Positions 13,233 through 25,429 of a stretch of DNA of 64,000 nt are shown here, in pieces (the stretch's first letter is position 1; each line of letters opens with the position of its first letter). A program made the position numbers and the translations under genes. The notes beneath the pieces were generated by a model. That model was not told the origin of the DNA. It saw nothing but the letters and a program-made list of their open reading frames with translations, and did not search any database. The stretch is from Antedon mediterranea. Taxonomy: Eukaryota > Animalia > Echinodermata. The DNA lies in contig NC_092679.1 of the NCBI RefSeq assembly GCF_964355755.1, positions 1,518,201-1,582,200 on the forward strand. Direction: 5' to 3'.

Positions 13233-13307
13233 CGAGCGGTAACGGTAAGCGGGAAAAACCGCGTAGCTTGTACCACGTAGAATCTGTATTTTATCCTGAG
13301 CGGAAAC

Positions 13308-13465
13308 CGCCCGTCCGCTCCGCTCCGTGTGTAGATGGCCGCCCGTCCGCTCCGTGTGTAGATGGCCGCCCGTCCGCTCCGCTCCGTGTGTAGATGGCCG
13401 CCCGTCCGCCGCTCCGCTCCGTGTGTAGATGGCCGCCCGTCCGCTCCGCTCCGTGTGTAGATGGT
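13308..13465. repeat. GC-rich ~27-35 bp minisatellite, ~5 copies
   Basis: GCCCGTCCGCTCCGCTCCGTGTGTAGATGGCC repeated. Confidence 0.9.
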
Positions 13466-13563
13466 CATAAAGGATTAACATAGACTCTATATTTGTATCG
13501 CTCTTCTGTGTAAATTGGCCTTAGTCGGATGCATGTGTCTAAATTGTTACTTATGAGCGCGCC

Positions 13564-13880
13564 GATGAGGATAATGATGATGACGACAAAGAAGAAGAAA
13601 AAGATGATAATGAAGATGATGATAATTAAGATGATGAAGATGATGATAATAAAGATAATGATGATGATGATGATGATGATGAAGATGATGATGATGATGA
13701 TAATGATGATTATGATGATGATAAAGATGATGATGATGATGATAATGAAGATGATATGATGATGATAATGCAGATGATGATGATGATGTATGATGATGAT
13801 AATTAAGATAATGAAGAAGATGATGATAATAATGATGATGATGAAGATGATGAAAATGTAAAAAACATTAAAGATAATGA
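13564..13880. repeat. (GAT)n compound microsatellite
   Basis: Runs of GAT, GAA and AAT. The Met-rich ORF 13529-13759 is an artefact of this repeat. Confidence 0.95.
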
Positions 13881-13981
13881 ATTCTAAAACTGAATTACGA
13901 CGACGAACATATTACATTATTACAATATTATCAATGGTCTTCAATTTGTATACAAAATGGTGTTATGTTATGCACTGCCGT

Positions 13982-14041
13982 GATTGGTTAAAACAAAACT
14001 ACACATGTGGTTTGCGCATGCGATTTACGCGGGGGTATAAA
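13982..14041 (+). promoter_or_regulatory. Putative core promoter of the NPAS4-like gene
   Basis: Reverse CCAAT (GATTGG ~13982), NRF1-like TGCGCATGCG (14013-14022) and TATAAA (14036-14041), about 120 nt upstream of the ATG. Confidence 0.45.
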
Positions 14042-14156
14042 TTAAACGGTTGACGATTGATAAACTCATGGATGTTACCAATTTCTCCCGGGAGCACACA
14101 TCAATGAAAGACAGATTATCGATATCAAATAAAGTTGGGAAAAATCATCGGTAGAA

Positions 14157-17100
14157 ATGATACGAATTGAAGGAACATCTTCAAAATCTCGACGTGACCT
14201 GATCAATAACGAGATACAGAAACTAAGAGATATGTTGCCACTACATGACACAGTCAAGTCTAGGTTGTCATATCTACATATTATGTCATTGACATGCTCT
14301 TATATTAGAAAAGGAAACTTCTTTAACACAGGTAAGAGAAATAGGGACAACACATCATTATTAAAACTCTATATATTATAATCTAGACAATTTTCTTTCT
14401 CGTTTGTTGTAGGTCTATTATAGTTCGCAATATTTTTTTTTCTAATTGAAAACTTAAAGATAAACTAAAAGAGCTATATTCTTAGATAAACTAAAAGAGC
14501 TATATTCAATTTCAATTTGGTTGTATTTTTCCACGCACAATAAAGACATAGATGCATTATTATGTTTAGATATAATATGTGCTACAGATCACAGATCTGT
14601 AAGCTAACATCCATTGGAGGAATATAATATATATGTGGGGTTTTGTTCTGGTTTTGGAGCTTTTAGGTTCCCGGATTAGTTTTCTAAACGCTTAACAACT
14701 TTAAAAAAAAAAACAAATAAATAAATAAATACAATATTATTAATATTGATTGATTGATCAATGATGGTACTTGTAATGTACGTAAGTTAAACGAAGAGGA
14801 AGATACAATTCACTTTCTGTTAACTTGTCCTGCACTTGATAGCATCCGAAGCATCAGAAAACATGAATTTACAGAATTTTAAAAACAACATTTTGCCAAT
14901 GGAAAAACAGTTTTTCAAGATTTCGAAAAATTGGAAACTAAGAAAAAATTGCAGTTTATTAAAGGAAACAATCATGCTTGTTGTGAATCGTTTTGTATAT
15001 TACAAACACGAGGAAACAACTATGTGAATAAATAAGTAATGCTTTTTAAAAACCACGCCATATACATGGCTGCAGTCGCGTGCACAAATTTTAGTTAGTG
15101 TTTACCGATCGACCAACAGATCGACCGACATAGTAAGCTGTAGAGTCGCTACTAAAAATATAGAAGCACCTTTGAAATTAAGTTTGTATGTAAATTTCTA
15201 TATCAGTTCAGAAAAAACCCAACGCTTTGTTTAAAAAAAGATAGGCCTACAGTAGATTCCAACGAACCAGCAATAAATGTTCTAATTTGTATACATGTTA
15301 ACGTTTTACGAATGTGGAGTGGGCTCCTGCTAATTAATGGTGTATCTGTCTTGGTACATATCAAGCCAGTTAGTACGTTTTATTGTCGGCCAATATCAAG
15401 TGCATCTTACTTAAACAAGTATCACGTACTTAACAACATAACACAATGCTCATTACGATGGCTAGATACTTAACTTCCGTCTGTCTACAATTTATCTGTT
15501 TGCAAAGAGGAATATCATAGAGTAAGTAAAGTAAGGACGCACTGCTACTATTTGGACTTTCTATTTGCCGTTTGCTTTGATGGTACTTCTGGAATTGTCC
15601 AGTAACTTCAATTCTTCACCGTAATTTAAACAGCACTGCACAATGGCCATTTTGAATAAGATAATAAAAGATGACGGTAGAGTTTCATTTAAAGTTGTGT
15701 TGTTAGTTATTCAGTGTTAAACCTAAGTTTCGATAGAAAGTTGCAATATATTAAAAACCTGCACTTTACCATTACGTAACATTTGATTGATTTCATATAA
15801 CATTACGTTGGTTATTTGGTTCCATTGAATGGGTCAAGTTATATTGAATGGTTCTAATCAAGGTCCATTATTTGGTAAACGTTTGAAAAATGAACAGAAA
15901 GAAAACAAACTCGTAAACATTAATTTTGTATTGTATTTTGTACGGTACTGGACAAGTAAAATCTTTTACAAATTGAATTATAAGTCATTTAACCAAAACG
16001 TTATCCGTTGTTTTTTATAGCTTTATTGTTTAATTCATTTTACAGGCTTTAAAATACCAAATAGTCTGATAAGTTTTGTTCCTATGCTCGATTTTACTCA
16101 GGTTAGTTATCATGTCAATTAATATATATTTCATCATTCAATTCATAGTGCGCATGTGAGGACGCGTTTAAGTTCTCATGCGATTCCTTATCACAGTCTC
16201 ATGGATTAGGTCCAGAGACGACGACGACCAACAACACAAAAGCCGTCGCCAATCGAAGGCTCTCCAAATACGAACATATTTGCTCAAATGTTTGATCAAC
16301 GTCGGCAGAAGAATGAAAAATGGTAGAGAAAACAACGAAATAAATCCTAAATAAATGTCAATCTGTTCATTATCTCCCAGTGGTGTTATGTCACTGTATG
16401 TACAAAAGGCCCCGTGGCAATACGAGTAATTTGATGATCGAAATTGAGAACATTCAAATTAATTAATACTTAATCCGTGACAAATGAATGAATATTAATG
16501 GCAGAATAAATGAATACGAAGCAAATTCAAACTCTAAGACAAGAAGGATATAATATAATAAAATTACTACTAACTTTCTTACTTTTGTTTGTTTACTTGT
16601 GATTTTTAAAAATAGTTAGCTAAAGCTTTGTCTACACGATCAAAATTTATGTGACAAAAAAATTTGATTTGCCCATGGACACGGTGACATCATATCACAA
16701 CCTGCCATATCACTACCATATTTGGGCACATTACACTTTTTTGTCAAACTAAGTTTGATAGTGCTATTAGAGCTTTAGACTTAGAGATTGTCAGTTGACC
16801 GTCAGGACGGTGCACACAATATTAATAATACTGTAGTAATTATTTGTAATAATACGCTTAAACAACATAACTAAATAAATAAATCTTTAACTATGTTTAT
16901 ATGAAGGCAGTAAACGGTTTTCTGATGGTTGTGAAGTGTGACGGAAAACTGATATACGTTTCAGAAAACGTGACAGATTATCTTGGTCATTCGATGGTAA
17001 GTGAACACAATTGGAACACATTTTGAAGTTAAAATATTGAAAAACAAATATATATTCGTTGACACGTTGATACGATCTGATTTACTGTGTACTTGTATAT

Positions 17101-20100
17101 ATTATATTGTTGTTAGAGTATTTTAAATTTTTACTTTGTACGTTGTTTGCAGAATTTTTCAGCCGTTGGGCTACCTTCTGTTTGTACTATTTATGTGTTT
17201 TTTTATGAATAAATACCTATATATTATATTCATATTTTGACGTCAATTTTGTTGTTTTTCTATAGCTATATTCATATTTTTGATGTAAATTTCGTTCTTT
17301 TTCTATAATGCAGATAGAGCTGCTTGCAACCGGTGGAGATATTTACAGTGTTATTGATTCACGTGACCATGACGTCATTTATAATCATCTTTCTAAAAAC
17401 GCCTTTCAACAAAATGGTAGGCCTATATTATATTTAACTCTTCGTTTTACAGTACGAATTTCCTGCCGCCATCAATGTTTTGACACATAGAATGGCACGC
17501 GTATTTACGTGATACGTACGTAATAGGCCAACGTTTGACTTAAATTATGATGCAACAGTTAAGTTAGGCTAACTTAACATGATTTTAAATATAGGCTGAT
17601 ATAAAAAGTTTCTCGCCTTTTAACGCTATGATTATACACAATGATTTTGTATTTTTATGTAATAGATTTCAATGGTGATAACGAAATATCGTTTGTTTGT
17701 CGAATGAACACTGCCCGCAACATGCGACGCAATGATACAACCCTTAAAAACAAGGTACAGCAAATGTTTGATGGTTTGTTAATAAATATGCAAATTATTA
17801 CAATTAACAAATCCATATTGAAAATAGACCTAGTAGGCCTACTTTACCGATTTCATTTTTTTTCCATTTTAAAAACATTTATTGATTTCACTAATGGCAA
17901 AATAACGATAACATATATGATTTAATAAGACATGACAATTTGAGGATCAGCACAATTAATACAAATTTCTCGAAATAGAACCACTCAGAAAAGTACCGTA
18001 ACAACTTAAATCGGGGCTATTATGTTATTTGAATACATTGCAAGTAACAATTGTATTCCTTACAAAGTAATGTAGTGTAGCTATAGCTTGTAATTGGCGC
18101 TCGCTGTTGGATACGTATGAAAAAAGCGCGTTTGCAACTGATTATGAAAACTGAGTTGATTTGTTACAGAAAATTCTTATGCGAGGACGTTATTCTCCAT
18201 ATTTTTGTAAAACACAAAGACATTTGGACCGTGCACTGATGCTAACCTGTCTACCAATAGAATGCTGGTCGTTTGGTACCGACGATGAGATGGCACCCTA
18301 CAACACTGAGACGTTCTGTATGCTGCACAGTCTTGATATGAAAATACTAAAGGCTTCATCAAAGTAAGAAAAACCTACAGAAACTATCTATTATAATCAC
18401 ATTTAGTGATCTGTATGGAAGGCAAATACCGCCAAAAATACAATTATACACAACATAGTACAGATACAACATTTGATGACCGGGGGTTTACTTGTATTCC
18501 ATAGCAGCCTTTGTTTAATTAGAGTCTTTCAAACGACATATGTTCTTTGCCAATAAAATAAAGCTAAATGATAAACAGTAGATTCTACTACAATTAGGCC
18601 TATTCAAGATATTTCACAAAGGAAATAGCATTACAACAGTTGTAAGACAATGAGGTGATTCGATCAATTCTATCAGCCGGTTTATTTTAAGTTTGTTTAT
18701 CATTAATAAGCAAAATCTAATTATAACTGCATGCAACTTTCTATACACAGCAACAATAGGCCTGTGTATTTACCACTAGACCACCCTAAACGCTAAAGTG
18801 AATCATTGTCACAACAAAAATTAGGCCTACGTATTTTGAATACCTCTCTATGCTTCTGTAAAACATTTTCACTGCGTATTTATCACTCCCGCTAAATCAA
18901 ATCTCTTTCACAAGTAGAGTTATAGTCTACATATTTATCGACGACACGCCATTTCTATGAATATCTTAGAATAGAGGAGAAAGTTACGATTACTTATAGG
19001 CCTACCGAAGTTACAGTATTTTATTTTTTAACAGTGTGTTTTTCTACACGGGATACAATGAACACGAGTTAGAAGGTACATCTTGGTATAGACTGGTACA
19101 CCACGAAGATCTTAACACTGCAAGATCACTTCATTTAAAAAGTATGTACAATTATCTGTGTATGTATACGTGACGTATTAAAAGTATGCGCGCGTGACGT
19201 ATTGATGTGCACGTGATGTATTAAAAGTATGTGCGCGTGACGTATCAATGTGCGCGTGACGTATCAATGTGCACGTGACGTATTAAAAGTATGCGTACGG
19301 CCAAAGAATATAAATAGGAACTGTTGTATCTTCTCCTTTTATTATCTCTGGTACGGCGTATTAAAGGTATGTGTACGCGACGTATCAAAAGTATATATAC
19401 GTGACGAATTAAAAGTGCGTGTACGACGTATTAAACGTATATATACGTGACGAATTAAAAGTATGTGTACGACGTATTAAACGTGTGTATATGTGACGTA
19501 ATAATCATTTCGGTAATTTGGCGATTGAGTTTACAAAGGAAGAACATACAAACTATTATCAGGTTATTTACTATTTGTTATTACATCATCTTACAGTGGT
19601 TCGATGTGCAGGTGGCGCCAAAAAACCATCGGCTCTCATCCGACTTCTGTCGACATGTGGAGCTCAACGGTATGCCAGCGTAACAATTAGAAACGCAGGA
19701 GAAATGGGTGCATCCACGCATTTCATTACGGAACACCACATTATCCGGTAACATAATTTGTTATTTTCATGTGTATTCTGAATATCGATATTGAATGTTA
19801 CCAAATAATGAATTTTTATGAGTGTAAAAAAAAATTACTATTGAACGACCGTTTAATAGTGCGTACTACTGCATGTCATGTGACCCACAATCGTCCAATC
19901 AAATGACAGGAATTTATTTATGTGTTATATAATACCAGGGAGTTGTATTTTATAATACCAAATAATAATCTGAAATTCTAATTTCCTAGACAATCGGAGA
20001 TTGAGTTCTATGTGAATGAAGTATCAAGCAACAATGGTGAGATAATAGCACCTGAACTCACTACAGAGAACATCAGTGAATCAGCAACAGTTTTGGTATC

Positions 20101-20623
20101 AACTACTTTGGATGACGACACCATGTGTGACGACGATCTAGATAAATCAGCAACGCAAATAGAAACATTTCTTTCAAATGGAGGACCAGTTCCAAACAGT
20201 CTGGATCTACTCTATGACAGAATACCTTGCATAGAGTGCGAGGGCGCTTCAGATGCCGCCACAGAGAGCAGACAACATAGTGATTGCGTCACAGAATCTA
20301 GTACCACCTACAAACCTTTTCAAGCATTGAAAAGCGCAGCCAAATTACTGGTTTGCGACCGACTGAAGCGAGACGTCGACAAGTTTCGTATTCCTTACAG
20401 CCATGCGATGGAAATCATTGATAGTCTAGACCAGAGTGATTATATTCCACAACAAGAAACAACCAATCAAGATATGGCATTTCTAAATGACGTTATGACG
20501 TCACTACCAATGTCATACACGTGCTCATCTCAAGATACTGTTGGTGGGTATGTCCAGGTTACCTGTCAATCACATGTAACCATGGGAATAAATGGGCAGG
20601 TACAACGCTCGGGAAATTGGTAA
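14157..20623 (+). CDS. NPAS4: bHLH-PAS transcription factor, NPAS4/dysfusion-like (~532 aa)
   Basis: Exons 14157-14331, 16046-16101, 16907-16996, 17314-17416, 17666-17754, 18170-18363, 19035-19141, 19597-19747, 19990-20623 give 1599 nt in frame. bHLH SKSRRDLINNEIQKLRDMLPL..RLSYLHIMSLTCSYIRK. PAS-A GFLMVVKCDGKLIYVSENVTDYLGHSM. PAS-B FCMLHSLDMKI..SWYRLVHHED. Confidence 0.88.
14789..15158. mobile_element. Possible non-autonomous Helentron/DINE-like interspersed repeat
   Basis: Ends in GACC-type microrepeats followed by CATAGTAAGCTGTAGAGTCGCTACTAAAAA, an organisation typical of such elements. There is only one copy here. Confidence 0.35.
16624..16775. mobile_element. MITE family A copy
   Basis: AGCTTTGTCTACAC..TCAAA ... 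GTTTGATAGTG..AGAGCT. Confidence 0.75.
19165..19500. repeat. Degenerate ~19-24 bp tandem repeat rich in CGTGACGTA, in NPAS4-like intron 7
   Basis: Repeats such as ACGTGACGTATTAAAAGTATG and GCGTGACGTATCAATG. Confidence 0.8.
19936..19951. mobile_element. One-ended CA..-type footprint with exact 7-bp target duplication
   Basis: ataatac-CAGGGAGTTGTATTTT-ataatac. It has the same terminus (CAGGGAGTTGTA) as the element at 47377. Confidence 0.6.
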
Positions 20624-20685
20624 ACCTTACAAGAAAGGCTTTACCAGTTAAAAAATCCTTGTGGTGGACAATTGCAGATGGAAAC

Positions 20686-23098
<2,413 letters not shown>

Positions 23099-24568
23099 AT
23101 GGAATTTTGGAAGTTAGTCAAACTAATGGCAACACTGTCTGCATTGGCTTTGGAGTCTCTCATGTTAAATTCAATCGTGCCAATCATACCACAGTTACTT
23201 GAACATCCACTTTATTGGAATGAAATATATGAGAGCGGACTGACGCCATTAAATTCAACAAAGGAGAATCAGGACGTACGTCATAAACTAAACAAAAACA
23301 CCACTGACACAATTGTTCCTAGTACTCCACAAAAATGCCCACCGCCGCCGCTAGGGATTGAACCAACTAAGTCTGCACCTAAAGATACTACCAAATTAAA
23401 GTTGACGCTTTTGTTTTTGTCGAACAGTTTGGTTGCCGCATTTTTCGCTAGCCCACTTTCGGGCGTAGCTGCCGACAAATTTGGGTATGACATTGTCTTG
23501 ATATTTTGTCTATGTATGCTTCTTATAGAGTCACTTATATTCGCATTCTTTAAACATTACATTGCTTACGTCATCGCTAGATTACTCGCAGGAATTTCTG
23601 GAGCATCAATATTTATAGCACCGGCTGCCGTATCTAGAATATTCTTAAAAGATGACGATATGCGGACTAAAATGATTGGCGTTTCGATCATTTTGATTGG
23701 CTTTTCCAATCTCGGGCCGGTATACATGGGTCCAATGTATGATGCATTCGGACAAACATTTCCGTTTTTGTTGCTGACTGCGGCTATATTATTAACTCTG
23801 TCTGCATTACTGGTTTCTTTAATTGTTTTGAAATGTAAAAACATTGACGATGATAATGCCACAACAACATGCATACAAGAACAAAATAACAACCAAGAAG
23901 AACAGCAGGCTACATCGCTGTCGTTTATGCAGCTCCTGTCGGACCCATTGATACTCATACCAGTGTTGCTATGTGTAACCGGATTGGTCAAATGCGCGCA
24001 ACAACCAGTTATTTCGCTTTGGTTGGTGGAAAACTTTAACACCGGAACCGTACAACGTGGTATCATATGGTTACCGGTATTCGGTGTGCATGTCATCGGT
24101 GCCGGGGTTGGATTTCTGCTCTCTCAACGCAATACATTTTTTCTCATGTTCATCGGTTTGGCCGTCAATGCATTCCTGATTATTATCATGCCGTTTTCTC
24201 CAACCTTTTTGATCGTCACCATCATATACGCTTTCATTAATTTCCACGAATCGTTATTCCGTTTCTTTCGGTTCAACCACATGGCATACATGTCTGCGCA
24301 TGTCTACCCGACTGCTCTAGGACGCGTATATGCGTTAACAAAAATCGGCAAAGACGCGACATATTTGTTAGGCGGTTCCTTGGCTCCCGTTATCTATGTT
24401 GATATTGGATATAGGAATCTAAATGTTATCATTGCAGCCGTTCTACTAACAGCATCGCCGCTTGCACTCGTCGGTAGCATTTTAAGGAGGCAGAAGCACA
24501 TTGTAGGTCCTGTACAAACCTCGGACGAGGCAAGACCACTGTTTGCAGAGACAACTGGAAACCGTTAA
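23099..24568 (+). CDS. Intronless SLC18-family MFS transporter, divergent vesicular acetylcholine transporter (VAChT/SLC18A3)-like (~489 aa)
   Basis: Single ORF with ~12 hydrophobic segments. Motifs VPIIP, ADKFGYDIVLI, LLSDPLI, GIIWLPVFGVHVIG, GRVYAL align by eye to VAChT IVPIIP, IDRIGYD, LMDPYI, GxxWLPAFxPHVxG, GSVYAI. AATAAA at 24601. Confidence 0.85.
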   Translation: MEFWKLVKLMATLSALALESLMLNSIVPIIPQLLEHPLYWNEIYESGLTPLNSTKENQDVRHKLNKNTTDTIVPSTPQKCPPPPLGIEPTKSAPKDTTKLKLTLLFLSNSLVAAFFASPLSGVAADKFGYDIVLIFCLCMLLIESLIFAFFKHYIAYVIARLLAGISGASIFIAPAAVSRIFLKDDDMRTKMIGVSIILIGFSNLGPVYMGPMYDAFGQTFPFLLLTAAILLTLSALLVSLIVLKCKNIDDDNATTTCIQEQNNNQEEQQATSLSFMQLLSDPLILIPVLLCVTGLVKCAQQPVISLWLVENFNTGTVQRGIIWLPVFGVHVIGAGVGFLLSQRNTFFLMFIGLAVNAFLIIIMPFSPTFLIVTIIYAFINFHESLFRFFRFNHMAYMSAHVYPTALGRVYALTKIGKDATYLLGGSLAPVIYVDIGYRNLNVIIAAVLLTASPLALVGSILRRQKHIVGPVQTSDEARPLFAETTGNR

Positions 24569-24906
24569 TGATTGAAATAAGCATTCTGTTTTGCAGGGGG
24601 AATAAACTTATTTATCTGAATTTAACTGAACTATGATCGAAGCAAATTAATAAAATGCTCTACTAATTATTAAAAGATGACTGTAGACAGTTAATTGAAT
24701 TAAAATCATAGATAAATAAATGATCAATTGCTGTTAAATCTGATTTCTGGTGTCAATTTTTTATGTTGTAACTGGAAAATATTAAGACTGTGTTAGTCGC
24801 TGCTTAAAGCTTGGGGCCCACTAGGACGCAAACACATTGGTCATTGCGCTTACGGCCTTGCGTTACGTCATAGTGAACCGGCCTTAGACTCCTAGTTTGA
24901 TTAGAC

Positions 24907-24931
24907 CATGGAGAAATATTATTTCTCCATG
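24907..24931. mobile_element. Micro-palindrome with CA..TG ends and exact 7-bp target duplication
   Basis: attagac-CATGGAGAAATATTATTTCTCCATG-attagac. Confidence 0.72.
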
Positions 24932-25429
24932 ATTAGACCAACACGACGTAGTGGCTTCCAGCTATCCTACAGCATTTTACGGACAAATAAATAGTGTAGA
25001 AAATGAGCTTATTAGATTTTTTGGAGTAAAATATTTGATTTATTCATATTCAAAATAAACTATGTAACAGATTGAATTAAAATCTTAAAATGATACAAGT
25101 TCTTAATTAAAAATCATTAAGGTTTTATATAAAACCATGACCTGTCCTATTTATAGTACAACACAGAAGGGAGCACCCTGAACACAGTACGCAGTTTCTC
25201 GATTGCGAGTTGCCACAAGTTGAAAGAAATTGACAACATGAATGATTAAAACAAATTTAAAATATGGGCTTTATAAATTAACACTGTTTGCAATAAGTTA
25301 AATTAAAAAAATAATCACAAGCCATGTTTAATTCACAGTTAATCACCAATCACTTAGAGACGAGAATGGGGTCAAATGATAGTGACCACTACCCGAGTCT
25401 CGATTTGCAGTGTAGTTCAACTCTACTCA

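Noticed and set aside
13031-13759. ORFs 13031-13468, 13188-13481 and 13529-13759
   Set aside because: They are translations of a minisatellite and a (GAT)n microsatellite.
23281-24096. Antisense ORFs over the SLC18-like gene (also over the FCGBP-N, TRMT61A and TMEM26 exons)
   Set aside because: They are shadow ORFs of real coding sequence with no independent motifs.
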